Shown: positions 1 to 10,863, numbered from the stretch's first letter. The stretch: 56,281 bases of DNA from Chthoniobacteraceae bacterium (GCA_037190965.1 JBBCKI010000026.1:1-56281); one strand, 5' to 3'. A program made the numbers and translations. Notes: a model not told the origin generated them from the letters alone.

Positions 1-164
1 CCCTTGATCGCATTTTTCTACACCGTGGACCGAAACGGCGTGAAGTTCCACTGTTTGAACCCTCATTGACCTTCGATGCCCTCGGTGCTTTCAGTGCTCG
101 CCGGGGGTGTTTTCACACAGTCTCAGAGTTTGGGAACGAGGAAAATATTAGGAGATTTTTTTGT

Positions 165-746
165 CTATAGGCGTCGCCAGACCTGCCAGCGTTCCTTATC
201 GGCAAAAAAGGGCAGGGAATCGTCGACTTGTGCATCCTCGATGCGCTCGAACCCACTGCCGAGAATCACGGCAAGGCCACCGGGAGGCAGCGCGTATGGC
301 GGCGGTTCCGGCTCCGGCCCATGGAAGAAGAAACCGGCAAGGAGCCCCCCGGGCCGAAGAGCCTTTGTAATCCGTTCGGCATACGCAGGCCAAAGCTGGG
401 GAGAGAGCGCGGTGAGAAACGTCCGCTCGTAAATCACATCGTATGAGCTGCAAGGGGTGTCCACGAAGAAATCGGCCTGCCGCACTCGATTACCGCCCTG
501 ATCTCCCAACAACGCTTTGGCGCGTCGCACCGCTTCGGCGGAAAAGTCAATCGCATCGACAACCCAGCCTGCCTGAATAAAGGGGCGGACCTCGTAGGCG
601 GCTCCGCAGCCGGGGATTAGCACCCGGCCCGGTTGATGTCGCTTGAGGAAGCCGGTCAAGGCCCTCGGTACGCCCCCAAAGTCCCATGGCGTCATTCCGC
701 TCGAATAACGCTCATCCCAGAATGCAGGTCTGCTGCTCTCTTCCAA
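165..746 (-). CDS. Thiopurine S-methyltransferase-like class I SAM-dependent methyltransferase
   Basis: 193 aa; FWDERY..GMTPWD N-terminus, SAM motif VLIPGCG, DFF and YERTFLTAL, all typical of the TPMT/thiol-halide methyltransferase family. Confidence 0.85.
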   Translation of the reverse strand: MEESSRPAFWDERYSSGMTPWDFGGVPRALTGFLKRHQPGRVLIPGCGAAYEVRPFIQAGWVVDAIDFSAEAVRRAKALLGDQGGNRVRQADFFVDTPCSSYDVIYERTFLTALSPQLWPAYAERITKALRPGGLLAGFFFHGPEPEPPPYALPPGGLAVILGSGFERIEDAQVDDSLPFFADKERWQVWRRL

Positions 747-771
747 TGCGATATGACTTCTCCGAACCTGT

Positions 772-1251
772 CTACACAGCCTTGCTCTTCTCGTGCACCG
801 GCTTCTTCACCGACCAATTCAAGATATCGAGATCGGGCGGCGGTCCCTGGGGCTCTGCGGCCCAGGTGAAGTGGCAGTTCTGACAGTAGTATTGGCGCGG
901 GAGGAGGCGCAGAAGCGTCAGGAAGGCGAAGAAAACCGTCATCAAGGTTTTTCGCGAAAACTGCGGGTATTCGATGCTCGATGATCCGCACTCCGGGCAG
1001 CGGATCGCCCCGTTGAGAACGTGATCGGTGGCGTCCCATTCTTTCATCACCGCTTCCGCGCGTTCGGCGTTCTTCTTTTCCACGCGCACCCGCATGTGCG
1101 CCTTCGGGGAGACAAACCACCAGATCCGCTGAGTGGTGCTTTCATCAAAAACCTGGGAGGGAATGCCCGCTCCGTCGAAACGGTGGCGCAGGGCGTCGGC
1201 TTTGTCCCAGTCGTTGAAAGTGGCTACGGTCATTAATTCTTCCAATTGCAT
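772..1251 (-). CDS. DUF2007-like protein with C-terminal zinc ribbon and hydrophobic segment
   Basis: N-terminal TVATF..A..L...GIPS.V.DE pattern; CPECGS and CQNCHFTW cysteine pairs flank a hydrophobic helix. Confidence 0.7.
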   Translation of the reverse strand: MQLEELMTVATFNDWDKADALRHRFDGAGIPSQVFDESTTQRIWWFVSPKAHMRVRVEKKNAERAEAVMKEWDATDHVLNGAIRCPECGSSSIEYPQFSRKTLMTVFFAFLTLLRLLPRQYYCQNCHFTWAAEPQGPPPDLDILNWSVKKPVHEKSKAV

Positions 1252-1391
1252 ACGCTGGTTTCCTTTCAGAGGTGGAGGATGAATGGGCGCGTCCCGCTGA
1301 ATCGCGACACGCTCCCATTATGGCTCGGCCTCAAATGTCCTCAATGCAAGGGATTTCTGCCGATTTCCGAAGGTTCGTTGCTGTTTTCAGT

Positions 1392-1536
1392 GGTGCGGCA
1401 GCACCGGTAGCCCGATCGCGCCGCCGAGCGCGGGATTCATGAGGGCCGCATCCCAACACCAACAGCCGTCCTGCGGGGATGGGCGTCAAATACGACTCTT
1501 CGCCCCATCCCGCGCTCTCGGCGAGAGCGGGCTACC
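1392..1536 (+). repeat. REPIN-like element, family B, copy 1 (two inverted GTAG-tagged palindromes)
   Basis: ggtagcccgatcgcgccgccgagcgcggg (from 1406) ... cccgcgctctcggcgagagcgggctacc (to 1536); the whole unit recurs at 10691-10853 (reverse) and 28865-29024. Confidence 0.8.
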
Positions 1537-1553
1537 TCATCCTCCATTCAAGA

Positions 1554-4133
1554 TCAGGCTTTTTCGAAGACGAGCGCGTCCTCGCGCAGGGTGACCCGGA
1601 TCGTGTCGCCCTCCTTGAAGCGCCCCTCCAGCAATTCCAGGCTCAACGGGTCGAGCAACTGGTGCTGGATGGCCCGTTTGAGCGGCCTCGCTCCGTAGAC
1701 CGGATCGTACCCTTCGCGAGCCAGGAACTTCTCCGCCGGGGCCGTGACTTCCAGCAGCAGCCCACGTTCTTCCAAACGCCTGGCCACGCGGCGGATCTGA
1801 ATCGCCACGATCTTGCCGAGTTCCTCCTCGCTGAGCCGGGAGAACATGATGATTTCGTCCACACGGTTGAGGAATTCCGGGCGGAAATGCCCGCGCAACG
1901 CGTCCATCACCTTCGCCTCGCGCTGCTCCTGGTTGCCGTCTTCCTCCAGCAGGTAGGCGCTGCCGATATTGGAGGTCATGATGATGACGGTGTTTTTGAA
2001 ATCGACCGTGCGGCCCTGGCCGTCGGTGATCCGCCCGTCGTCGAGTACTTGGAGCAGGACGTTGAAGACATCGTGGTGCGCCTTTTCGATTTCGTCGAAA
2101 AGCACCACCGAATACGGCTTGCGGCGGACGGCCTCAGAAAGCTGTCCGCCTTCCTCGTAGCCGACATAGCCGGGAGGCGCGCCGATGAGCCGGGCTACGG
2201 TGTGTTTCTCCATATACTCGCTCATGTCGATCCGGATCATGTTGTTCTCGTCATCGAAGAGGAACTCCGCCAGTGCGCGCGCCAACTCCGTTTTGCCGAC
2301 GCCGGTTGGCCCGAGGAAAATGAAGGAGCCAATGGGGCGGTTCGGATCGCCGAGACCGCTGCGTGAACGGCGAACGGCGTTGGCCACGGCGGTGATTGCG
2401 GCGCGCTGCCCGATCACGCGGTCGCCAAGACGCTCCTCCATATGCACGAGCTTCTCGCGTTCGCTCTCCTGAAGCCGCGAAACGGGGACGCCCGTCCAAC
2501 TGGAGACGACTTCCGCGATGTCCTCTTCGGTCACCTCTTCCTTGAGCATCGGGTGGCCGCCCTGCTGCATTTCGCGGAGCTTCGCGTTGTGCTCGTCGAG
2601 CTGCCGCGTAATCTCCGGGATGCGCCCGTACTGGATTTCGCTCGCCTTGCTGAGTTCCCCCCGGCGTTGTGCCTGCTCCAGTTCGGTGCGAAGACGCTCC
2701 AGTTCCTCCCCGAGCTTGCGCGATTTGTCGATTTCCTCTTTCTCGGCAAGCCACTTCGCTTTCATCCGCGAGCTTTGCTCACGGAGGTCGGCCAGTTCGC
2801 GTTCGATCTTCTGGAGCCGGTCACGGCTGGCGTCGTCCTTCTCCTTTTTGAGCGCCTGCCGCTCCATCTCAAGCTGCATGATTTGCCGCTCTACCTGGTC
2901 GATCTCCGTCGGCATCGAGTCGAGTTCGATCTTGAGGCGGGAGGCGGCTTCGTCCACGAGGTCCACCGCTTTGTCGGGGAGGAATCGGTCGGTGATGTAA
3001 CGGTGCGATAGCACGGCGGCGGCCACGAGCGCGGCATCCTGAATACGGACGCCATGATGAACTTCGTAGCGCTCCTTCAACCCGCGCAGGATGGCGATGG
3101 TGTCCTGCACGCTCGGCTCGTCCACCAGCACCGGCTGGAAACGGCGCTCCAGCGCGGCGTCTTTTTCGATGTACTTGCGGTATTCGTTGAGCGTCGTCGC
3201 CCCGATGGTCCGCAGTTCGCCCCGGGCGAGTTGCGGCTTGAGCATGTTGGAGGCGTCCACCGCTCCCTCCGCCGCGCCCGCGCCGACAATGGTGTGTAAT
3301 TCGTCGATGAAAAGGATGACCTCGCCCTGCGAATCGGTGACTTCCTTCAGGAATGCCTTAAGGCGGTCCTCAAACTCGCCCCGGAATTTTGCCCCGGCAA
3401 GCATGGAGCCGATGTCGAGCGCGATGACCCGCTTGTTTTTGAGCGATTCCGGCACGTCGCCGCTGACAATGCGCCGCGCCAACCCCTCGACAATCGCCGT
3501 CTTGCCGGTGCCCGGTTCGCCGATGAGCACCGGGTTGTTCTTGGTGCGCCGGGAGAGCACCTGCATGACTCGCCGGATTTCGTTGTCGCGGCCGATCACG
3601 GGGTCGATCTTGCCCTTGCGCGCCTCCTGGGTGAGATCGCGCCCGTATTTCTCCAGCGTCTGGTATTTCCCTTCCGGGTTTTGATCGGTCACGCGCTGCG
3701 AACCGCGCACCGCGATGAGCGCCTGCATCAGCTTGTCCCTCGTGACGCCCGCTTCCTTGAGCAGCCGCCCGGCGGCGGTGCTCCCATCCACGAGCGCCAG
3801 CAGGAAATGTTCGCCGCTCAGGAACTCGTCCTTCATGCGGGTCATCTCGCGTTCCGCGCTCTCCAGGGTCTTCTGGAGGTCGTTGCCGATATAGACCTGG
3901 TTTGAACCGTGGACGCGCGGGCGGCGGGCGATCTCCGCCTCCAATTTATCGCGTAATGGCGCGACGGGAACGCCCAGTTTGTCCATCAACGGGCGTGCCA
4001 CGCCTTCGCTTTGGTCCAACAGCGCCAGAAGCACCCCCTCCGGGGTCAGCTCCTGCTGTCCATTCTTGGAGGCGGTATCCTGCGCCGCGGTAAGGGCTTC
4101 CTGCATTTTGGCCGTCAATTTATCCAGTCTCAT
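1554..4133 (-). CDS. clpB: ATP-dependent chaperone ClpB
   Basis: 859 aa; two AAA+ modules ([16 protein letters not shown]), KFRGEFE and GYVGYEEGG pore loops, long middle coiled coil. Confidence 0.98.
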   Translation of the reverse strand: MRLDKLTAKMQEALTAAQDTASKNGQQELTPEGVLLALLDQSEGVARPLMDKLGVPVAPLRDKLEAEIARRPRVHGSNQVYIGNDLQKTLESAEREMTRMKDEFLSGEHFLLALVDGSTAAGRLLKEAGVTRDKLMQALIAVRGSQRVTDQNPEGKYQTLEKYGRDLTQEARKGKIDPVIGRDNEIRRVMQVLSRRTKNNPVLIGEPGTGKTAIVEGLARRIVSGDVPESLKNKRVIALDIGSMLAGAKFRGEFEDRLKAFLKEVTDSQGEVILFIDELHTIVGAGAAEGAVDASNMLKPQLARGELRTIGATTLNEYRKYIEKDAALERRFQPVLVDEPSVQDTIAILRGLKERYEVHHGVRIQDAALVAAAVLSHRYITDRFLPDKAVDLVDEAASRLKIELDSMPTEIDQVERQIMQLEMERQALKKEKDDASRDRLQKIERELADLREQSSRMKAKWLAEKEEIDKSRKLGEELERLRTELEQAQRRGELSKASEIQYGRIPEITRQLDEHNAKLREMQQGGHPMLKEEVTEEDIAEVVSSWTGVPVSRLQESEREKLVHMEERLGDRVIGQRAAITAVANAVRRSRSGLGDPNRPIGSFIFLGPTGVGKTELARALAEFLFDDENNMIRIDMSEYMEKHTVARLIGAPPGYVGYEEGGQLSEAVRRKPYSVVLFDEIEKAHHDVFNVLLQVLDDGRITDGQGRTVDFKNTVIIMTSNIGSAYLLEEDGNQEQREAKVMDALRGHFRPEFLNRVDEIIMFSRLSEEELGKIVAIQIRRVARRLEERGLLLEVTAPAEKFLAREGYDPVYGARPLKRAIQHQLLDPLSLELLEGRFKEGDTIRVTLREDALVFEKA

Positions 4134-4271
4134 AGCAATCGATAAAAGAGGTGATTGAAGGTGATTCCCTCATCATAGTCATGATCGGTAAAGTTGCCAG
4201 TGCTTCCGATTCCGCTTTCGAGTTATTTGGCTGGCTTTTCTCTGCGGTTCGCCGTCACTTCTGCAGGAAGA

Positions 4272-4712
4272 TCAATCGAACCCTACTGCATTGGGTAGTT
4301 CGTTGGGACCCTCCTCACCGGGAGGGCGGGGGAAGTGCTTCGCAAGGAGCTTGCCACACTGTTCTACCGCGAGGATTATGGCTTCGGTGAATTGATTCTG
4401 CTTCAGGAGGTCGCTCATCGGGGAGGGGAGCGACTGCCAGAAGGTATCGCCGCAGCGGTTGTGAATTGCGACGTCGCCGACAACGGCAAAGCCCTGCGAA
4501 CGAGGCGCGAAATAGATCAGGACGGCGTTTCGCTCGCGCGTTTTGTCCATCCCGAGTTTGAGAAACCGGGTCTTGGCGTGTTCCATGGGGTCCGCGATTT
4601 CCCGATGGGAAACAAAGACACGGATTTCCCCGGAAGTTTGAGTTTCAGCCCGGGCGATCGACTCGACGATCCGCTTCTCGTCGAGGTGACTGAAAAAGTG
4701 CCGTATTTTCAT
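4272..4712 (-). CDS. TPM domain-containing protein (short form)
   Basis: ETQTSGEIRV, GMDKTRERNAVLIY and NELPN motifs; start reassigned to ATG at 4712, which overlaps the upstream TAA (TAATG coupling). Confidence 0.88.
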   Translation of the reverse strand: MKIRHFFSHLDEKRIVESIARAETQTSGEIRVFVSHREIADPMEHAKTRFLKLGMDKTRERNAVLIYFAPRSQGFAVVGDVAIHNRCGDTFWQSLPSPMSDLLKQNQFTEAIILAVEQCGKLLAKHFPRPPGEEGPNELPNAVGFD

Positions 4713-5494
4713 TACCAGCTTCCTCCTGCTCCGCCTCCTCCGAAACTGCCGCCGCCGCCGCTGAAACCTCCTCCTCCCGAGCGGCCCGATCTTCCTCCGC
4801 CCCCGCCCCACCCCCCGCCGTAGTAAGTGGGCCCCTGGCTCGTGTAACCCCTTGAACCGTCCCCTCCTCCGGAACTCCCTCGGTTTGCAAGCCAGACGAT
4901 AAAGAAGAAGATCAGAAAGAAAAGAAGTGCCGCAGGCCAACTGTCTCCCCCGGAATCGTTGGCCGCTCCCTCCCGCGCGGTGCGGCCGGTCCCTTTGTAT
5001 TCCCCTTTTGCGGCGGCCATCATCGCATGGACTCCGGCTTCGAGACCGCCACTGTAGTCGCCTGCCTTGAAGCGTGGTTTAATGTCGTCTTCGATGATCC
5101 GGTGGGCCAGGAAATCGGGAATGGCCCCCTCAAGGCCGTACCCGACCTGGATGAACATCTTCCGGTCCTGCACGAAGACAAAGAGAATTGCACCGTTGTC
5201 CCGGCCCTTTTGGCCTGCGTGCCATGCCTGGGCGACGCGGACGGTGTAATCCTCAATCGAAGAGTCGCTCCGCATCTTCGGCTCGACCACGACGAGGATC
5301 TGGTTGGAGGTGGCGCGCTCAAACTGCTCCAACTCCGCGTTGAGGCGGGCGGCGACGTCGGGCCTGACCACCCCCGCGTCATCGGTAAAATACGCTTTCG
5401 GGGGCGGTGGGATGACCTCCGCGGCCCGAAGAGGGATCAGAAGAAAGGCAAAAAGACCTGCCAGAAAAAGCGCCACCTTCTGTGGAGCGTTCAT
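4712..5494 (-). CDS. TPM domain-containing protein (YgcG family) with Gly-rich C-terminus
   Basis: Signal peptide, GQKGRDNGAILFV, IQVGYGLEGAIPD, TM helix and GGGGSFGGGGAGGSW end. Confidence 0.92.
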   Translation of the reverse strand: MNAPQKVALFLAGLFAFLLIPLRAAEVIPPPPKAYFTDDAGVVRPDVAARLNAELEQFERATSNQILVVVEPKMRSDSSIEDYTVRVAQAWHAGQKGRDNGAILFVFVQDRKMFIQVGYGLEGAIPDFLAHRIIEDDIKPRFKAGDYSGGLEAGVHAMMAAAKGEYKGTGRTAREGAANDSGGDSWPAALLFFLIFFFIVWLANRGSSGGGDGSRGYTSQGPTYYGGGWGGGGGRSGRSGGGGFSGGGGSFGGGGAGGSW

Positions 5495-5496
5495 TT

Positions 5497-6159
5497 TTAC
5501 TGAATGGCTGGAGCGGTCGGGGCAGGGACGGCGGGCGCTGGCGAACCAAAGCCGAACTCCACATTCGGCGGGACGTTGGCTCCTTCGGTGGCGGTGAAGT
5601 ACGGTTTGGCAGGGAAGCCGAGCAGGGGAGCGATGAATACCATGGGAAACCTGCGGACGGCCGTGTTGTAGGTTCTGACCGCTTCGTTGAACCTGCCGCG
5701 TTCCACGGCAATCCGGTTCTCCGTCCCCTCCAACTGGGCTTGGAGCGCTTGAAAATTCGCGTTTGCCTTCAGTTCCGGATAACGCTCCACCACCACCAGG
5801 AGCCGGGAGAGCGACGAGGTTAACGCGCCCTGGGCCTGCTCGAATTCCTTGAGCTTCCCTGGGTCGGTGGGTGCTTTGGTGGGGTCTACCTGCACCTTAC
5901 CGACCGAAGCCCGCGCGTTGGTGATGTCCGTGAGGGTCGATTTTTCGAAATTGGCGGCTCCGGAGACGGTTTTAACGAGATTCGGAATGAGATCGGCGCG
6001 CCGTTGGTAAACGTTTTGTACTTGAGCCCATTGGGCGTCCACGTGTTGGGAGAGGTTCACCAACCGATTGTAGGCAGGAACGACGGTGAGAGCGCCAATG
6101 GCGGCAACGATGACCAGGACAACGAAGAATGCGGCGATACAGCCAAGGAATGGTTTCAT
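5497..6159 (-). CDS. lemA: LemA family protein
   Basis: N-terminal TM, YQRRADLIPNLV, ERYPELKAN, LEGTENRI; classic lemA-TPM-TPM operon. Confidence 0.95.
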   Translation of the reverse strand: MKPFLGCIAAFFVVLVIVAAIGALTVVPAYNRLVNLSQHVDAQWAQVQNVYQRRADLIPNLVKTVSGAANFEKSTLTDITNARASVGKVQVDPTKAPTDPGKLKEFEQAQGALTSSLSRLLVVVERYPELKANANFQALQAQLEGTENRIAVERGRFNEAVRTYNTAVRRFPMVFIAPLLGFPAKPYFTATEGANVPPNVEFGFGSPAPAVPAPTAPAIQ

Positions 6160-6417
6160 GGTGCTGGGAAATCGATCCCATTACTGATCGCGCAATCTTT
6201 GCCCTGTGGTCCCCTCCGATTGAGCAGCCTTTCCGAACACGAGAAATCAATAGACGAATCAAGAAATCCTTGCATAACTTACGGCTCATTTTTTCCGGCG
6301 AGGGGCTTCCTTTCGAGAAAGATGAGCCCGGCGCAGGGAGCCATGAAGGTTTCTGAAGCCTAAAGCACCCTGACGCACCCTGTAACCAGACCTTTTCACT
6401 CCTAAACCGAGCACTTT

Positions 6418-6753
6418 ATGACACATCACCTTACCGTTCTCCTCGCCCAAGCCTCACCCGCTCCGGAAGGCATGCCGGCCGGAAGCCCCCTCGGCGCCCT
6501 CGTTCCCTTCGTCCTGATCGCGGTGATTTTTTACTTCCTGATCATCCGCCCGCAACAGAAGCGGATCAAGGAACAGGCTGCCATGATCGCCTCCGTGAAA
6601 ACAGGGGACTCGGTCATCATGAACAGCGGCATTCACGGCATCGTGACCAACGTGAAGGACACCACGCTGATCGTCAAAGTCGCCGATAACGTGAAGCTTG
6701 AATTCGAGAAAGCGGCGGTCGCCTCCGTCGCCAAGGTTGCTTCCGAAGGATAG
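6418..6753 (+). CDS. yajC: Preprotein translocase subunit YajC
   Basis: IFYFLIIRPQQKR, GDSVI..SGIHG; directly upstream of secDF. Confidence 0.95.
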   Translation: MTHHLTVLLAQASPAPEGMPAGSPLGALVPFVLIAVIFYFLIIRPQQKRIKEQAAMIASVKTGDSVIMNSGIHGIVTNVKDTTLIVKVADNVKLEFEKAAVASVAKVASEG

Positions 6754-6804
6754 CTCTGGCGCTTTCCATTGTTTGCGTTAGTTTACCGTTCTTTTTAACA
6801 ATCC

Positions 6805-9138
6805 ATGAGTCCCGCGCTGACGTTCCTATCCGGCCTTCTGGCCCTCATTCTGTTCTGTTGGTATGTGGCCACTGATTCCTTGCGTCGCAAGAGGCTGGTG
6901 GGAACGATACTGACGCTCGTTATTCTGGCGATCTCCTTCCAGTCGATCTATCCGTACAAGGAGAAGATCCGGCTCGGGCTTGATTTGCAGGGCGGAACTT
7001 CGTTCCTTCTCCGCCTGGTCAAGGTGGAGGGGCAAACGGTGGATGCCCGCGTGCTGGAGCAGGCCGTGGAGGTCATCCGGAAGCGGATCGACAAATTCGG
7101 CGTTAGCGAGCCGGTCATCACGCCACAGGGGAGCGACCGCATTCTGGTCCAAATTCCCGGCATGGATGCCGAGAAGATCAACGAAGCCCGCGAGCAGCTT
7201 CAAAAGGTTGCCAAGCTGGAACTGAGGTTGGTTCACCCTCAGAGCCGGGAACTCGTTCCATTGATCGAATCAGGGCAGGCCCGCCTGCCTCACGGCTACT
7301 CAATCGAGGTCGAGAAGGATCGCAACCCCGAGGGGAAGGAAGTGCATCTCGAACGCCTTCTGGTCCGCTCCAAGGCGGATATCGAGGGAAGCGACGTGAA
7401 GGGCGGTTACCCGTTTGCGGATCATTCGGGATGGGGCGTCGGCCTCCAGTTCACTCCCAAGGGCGGGGAACTTTTCGGAAAGCTGACGGCGGCACACATT
7501 GGCGACCGTTTCGCCATTATGCTTGATGGTGAGGTGCAGAGCGCCCCGGTCATTCAGGGGGCCATCTACGGCGGGACCGCCTCCATCACCGGCAGATTCA
7601 CCGAAGCGCAGGCTCGGACTCTCGCCAGCGTGCTGGAGAACCCTCTTGCAGTGCCGGTGAAGATTGAGGAAGAGCGGAGCGCGTCCAGCACCCTTGGCGC
7701 GGAGGCGATTCGTAGCGGCGTCCTCGCGGGGATCGGCGGCTTTGCGGCCGTTCTCGTCTTCGTGATGATTTATTACAAAATGGCCGGGTTGATCGCGATG
7801 ATCGGCCTGATGGTCAACATCGTCGTCCTCCTCGGGGTGATGGCCATGTTCAATTTTGTGCTTACGTTGCCCGGTATCGCGGGCATCATCCTGACCATCG
7901 GTCTCGCGGTGGATGCCAACGTGCTCATCTTCGAACGGCTGCGTGAAGAACTTGCCACCGGCAAGTCATTCACCGCGGCGATCCAGAGCGCTTATTCCAA
8001 GGCATTCTCGGTCATCTTTGACGCCAACGTCACCACGCTGATCATGGCGGGTATTCTGTTCTGGCAGGCGACCGGGCCCGTGAAAGGGTTCGCCGTGACG
8101 CTGACCGTCGGCGTGATCGCCTCTGTCTTTACCGCGATGATCGTCGGGCGCACCTGCTTCGGCTGGGGCACAAGCATGGGCCTTAAGCGGGTCTCCATGC
8201 TTCACCTCATCCCCACGGGGACGAAGATCGACTTCTTAGGGAAGCGCAAGGCTTGGCTGATTGCTTCCACCGCTCTCATGCTGGCCGGTATTGCCGCCTT
8301 TGTGATCCGGGGTGAAAACAACTTCGGCATCGACTTCAAGGGAGGCGACCTCCTCGAGTTGGAGGTCAACAAAGACGTTTCGGAAACGCGTGTGCACGAT
8401 TCCTTGGCGGCTGCCGGGTTCCACGATTTTGCCGTTCAGAAGATTAATGCCGGAGGGGATCGCGAATATATCTCCATTCGCAGTCAGCTCGATACGGCCG
8501 ACAAGATTCAGGAACATCTCACCAAGACGATGCCCGAGGCCGGGTTCAAGGAACAGAAGCGGGACCGCGTCGGAAAAATCGTTGGCGGGGAACTGGCGAA
8601 GACCTCGCTCATCGCCCTTGGACTGGGAATTCTCGGCATCCTCTTCTTCGTGAGCGCGCGATTCGAGGTTGCGTTCGCCATCGGGGCGATCGTCGCCATG
8701 CTGCATGACATCGTCGTGACCATCGGCATGTTCGCACTCACCGGCAGGGAGCTTTCCCTGGTGATCATCGGCGCAATCCTGACCATCGCCGGTTATTCCA
8801 TCAACGACACCATCGTGATCTTCGACCGGATTCGCGAGAGTCTTCACAGCGGAAAGAAGGGGACGATCCAGGAGTTGATGAACACAGCCATCAACGAAAC
8901 GCTGTCCCGGACGATCCTCACCAGCGGCACGACCTTCCTGGCAGTGGCATCGCTCTATTTCTTCGGCGGTGCCGTGCTGAAAGACTTCGCATTCGCCATG
9001 ATGGTCGGCATCGTGGTCGGCACCTACTCCTCCATCTTCATCGCCTCCACGATCGTTCTCTGGTGGAGCCGCCACAACGAGCACAAGCTCGTCGCGGAAT
9101 TGAAGGGTAAGGGGACGGAAGCGACGGTGGAAGGGTAG
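6805..9138 (+). CDS. secDF: Fused protein translocase subunit SecDF
   Basis: LGLDLQGG, AVDANVLIFER (SecD part); FGIDFKGG, GYSINDTIVIFDRIRE (SecF part). Confidence 0.97.
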   Translation: MSPALTFLSGLLALILFCWYVATDSLRRKRLVGTILTLVILAISFQSIYPYKEKIRLGLDLQGGTSFLLRLVKVEGQTVDARVLEQAVEVIRKRIDKFGVSEPVITPQGSDRILVQIPGMDAEKINEAREQLQKVAKLELRLVHPQSRELVPLIESGQARLPHGYSIEVEKDRNPEGKEVHLERLLVRSKADIEGSDVKGGYPFADHSGWGVGLQFTPKGGELFGKLTAAHIGDRFAIMLDGEVQSAPVIQGAIYGGTASITGRFTEAQARTLASVLENPLAVPVKIEEERSASSTLGAEAIRSGVLAGIGGFAAVLVFVMIYYKMAGLIAMIGLMVNIVVLLGVMAMFNFVLTLPGIAGIILTIGLAVDANVLIFERLREELATGKSFTAAIQSAYSKAFSVIFDANVTTLIMAGILFWQATGPVKGFAVTLTVGVIASVFTAMIVGRTCFGWGTSMGLKRVSMLHLIPTGTKIDFLGKRKAWLIASTALMLAGIAAFVIRGENNFGIDFKGGDLLELEVNKDVSETRVHDSLAAAGFHDFAVQKINAGGDREYISIRSQLDTADKIQEHLTKTMPEAGFKEQKRDRVGKIVGGELAKTSLIALGLGILGILFFVSARFEVAFAIGAIVAMLHDIVVTIGMFALTGRELSLVIIGAILTIAGYSINDTIVIFDRIRESLHSGKKGTIQELMNTAINETLSRTILTSGTTFLAVASLYFFGGAVLKDFAFAMMVGIVVGTYSSIFIASTIVLWWSRHNEHKLVAELKGKGTEATVEG

Positions 9139-9188
9139 GCTGTTCTTTTTGCGATTAGAGAGGCGAGAGACGCCTCGCCTTCCGGATA

Positions 9189-9407
9189 CTCGTCCCAATC
9201 TCCAGATTGGGAACGCCGTTGTCCGCGAAACTCCAGTTTCGAAACCGTGCCTCGCGCACCAAGGCCCCCGCAAATAATGGGGCCTCGTCGCGGGGCATTT
9301 TCGGTAAGGCGTGCGGCTCTCGGACCTCCGAACGCGCACGAATCGAAGATTCGAAGATTCGAAGATTCGAAGACAGCGGCATTACCAATCTGGAGATTGG
9401 TAACGAG
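9189..9407. repeat. REPIN-like inverted doublet of family A palindromes, with an internal 8-bp tandem repeat
   Basis: ctcgtcccaatctccagattgggaacg at 9189-9215; inverted attaccaatctggagattggtaacgag at 9381-9407; (tcgaagat) x~4 at 9343-9373. Confidence 0.8.
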
Positions 9408-9454
9408 GAGACTCAAAATCGTTCCCGTGCCCTTCGATCATATCCAATATGCGA

Positions 9455-9470
9455 TGGCATAGTTCCTGCT
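9455..9470 (+). promoter_or_regulatory. Candidate sigma-54 (-24/-12) promoter of the PEP-CTERM gene
   Basis: TGGCATAGTTCCTGCT has GG-N10-GC spacing and lies 100 bp upstream of ATG 9571. Confidence 0.5.
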
Positions 9471-9570
9471 TTTGCTTGACGGATAGCCCCCTCCCGCTCC
9501 GAGAGGGGCTCCCATCACAAAGAACCTCATCCTCGGATACACTGTATCCCTGGCCTGTTACGGAAGAACT

Positions 9571-10573
9571 ATGCCCACTAGAACTACCAGGAAAACCATC
9601 ACCGCTTTTACTCTTCTGATGGGGATGATGCTCAGCGGGCCTGTTTACGGCGGTATCATTGCCGAAGACGACGCTGTTCCCGGCAAAATGGATGAAGGCG
9701 GCACACTCGCGGACCCTGCGCTTTATGTTGCCGGAAGCTCCGGAGCGGTTATCTTGGGGAATGGCTCCTTGGTTGTCACCGTAGGATCTCTCAATTCCTA
9801 TAACCAACTCACCATTCAGAACGGTTCAACCTTCACAAGTTGGTTTTCCTATATTGGGTTTGAAACGACCAGCGGCTTCAACTCCGTCACGGTCACGGGA
9901 GAGGGCTCGAATTTCCACAGCGACAGCTATGTGGACATCGGCACCAAGGGTTCCAACAACTCGGTGATCGTCGAAAACCGGGCGTCGATAACCAGCATAG
10001 GCGCTAGGATTGGTGATAGGGAGTCGGCAAGCAACAATTTCGCCATTATCCGTGGCACCGGCTCAACGTGGACAACCACCTGGGGAGGGTTTGTCATTGG
10101 AAATTTGGGACAATTCAACTCGTTGACCGTTGAAGACGGTGCATCGGTGACAACCACTTCCTATTTCTCGATTGGCTCGGGAGATAGCGGCTATTCCGAA
10201 CGGTGATCTGCTTCTAGATGCAAGTGATGACTTCCTGCGTCTTGACGGAGGGTTTTTTGCATGGCAGGGCAACCGCCTCTCGGAGGTAAGCGCCCTTATC
10301 GCAGGAGGCGCAATCCAGCTCTGGGATAGTGGGGAATGGATCAGCGCTTCGAGCGACGATCTCACCTTTTTGTTTTTCGCGACCGATGAGAGCGCATTCG
10401 GCTATACCGGATACGCCGACCTGGGAGGATATACCATTTTAAGCACAGTCGCCATCCCCGAACCCGGCACGTTGGGCCTGCTTGGAGGGGCTGTTCTCGC
10501 CGCAATGCCTCTTGTTTGTCGACGGCGGCGGAGGCAACGCTGCTTGGACGTTCCATTGCTCCACGACCTCTAA
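9571..10573 (+). pseudogene. PEP-CTERM surface protein with beta-strand repeats, split by a frameshift/deletion near 10190-10205
   Basis: ORF 9571-10206 has a signal peptide and G..G..NSLTV..G repeats. ORF 10172-10573 in another frame has GGFFAWQG...LGGYT...IPEPGT-TM-RRRRR. Together they align with the intact paralog 33233-34165. Confidence 0.8.
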
Positions 10574-10585
10574 ACTCGTTTTAAG

Positions 10586-10617
10586 CTCGTTCCCAATCTC
10601 TCCAGATTGGGAACGAG
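10586..10617. repeat. Family A REP palindrome (perfect 14-bp stem hairpin)
   Basis: ctcgttcccaatct-ctcc-agattgggaacgag. Confidence 0.8.
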
Positions 10618-10690
10618 GCAAAGCGCACGCCCTTCTCGTCGACACGCCCCAAACAACGCTTGATCAAAGGCGATTAGAAAAAACGGAAAG

Positions 10691-10853
10691 CGGAGCCTGC
10701 TCTCGCCGAGAGCGCGGGATTGTTTGAAGAGTCGCGTTTTGCATCCATCCCCGCCGGACAGGCTGCTGCTTGTTGGAAATGCGTCGCTTATGAAGCCACG
10801 GGAGCCGATACCCGCGCTAGACGGCGCGAGCGGGCCACCGGTGCTGCCGCACC
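10691..10853 (-). repeat. REPIN-like element, family B, copy 2 (reverse orientation)
   Basis: Reverse complement aligns with 1392-1536 and 28865-29024 (e.g. gctctcgccgagagcgcgggat ... cccgcgctagacggcgcgagcgggccaccggtgctgccgcacc). Confidence 0.8.
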
Positions 10854-10863
10854 ATTTTACCCC

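Noticed and set aside
1..160. Possible gene end at the window start (plus frame ...VKFHCLNPH* ending at 69)
   Set aside because: Too short to assign strand or identity.
1479..3684. Several long plus-strand ORFs opposite clpB
   Set aside because: Typical antisense open frames of a high-GC conserved gene.
4134..4271. Search for a CIRCE/HAIR/CtsR operator upstream of clpB; a short aggtgatt direct repeat was noted
   Set aside because: No match to TTAGCACTC-N9-GAGTGCTAA or the other consensus sites; the direct repeat is too short to call.
4713..4940. Arg-rich N-terminal extension of the short TPM ORF
   Set aside because: Alternative-frame reading of the upstream gene's Gly-rich tail; the real start is ATG 4712.
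8236..9339. 367-aa minus-strand ORF
   Set aside because: Antisense to secDF and begins inside a REP element.
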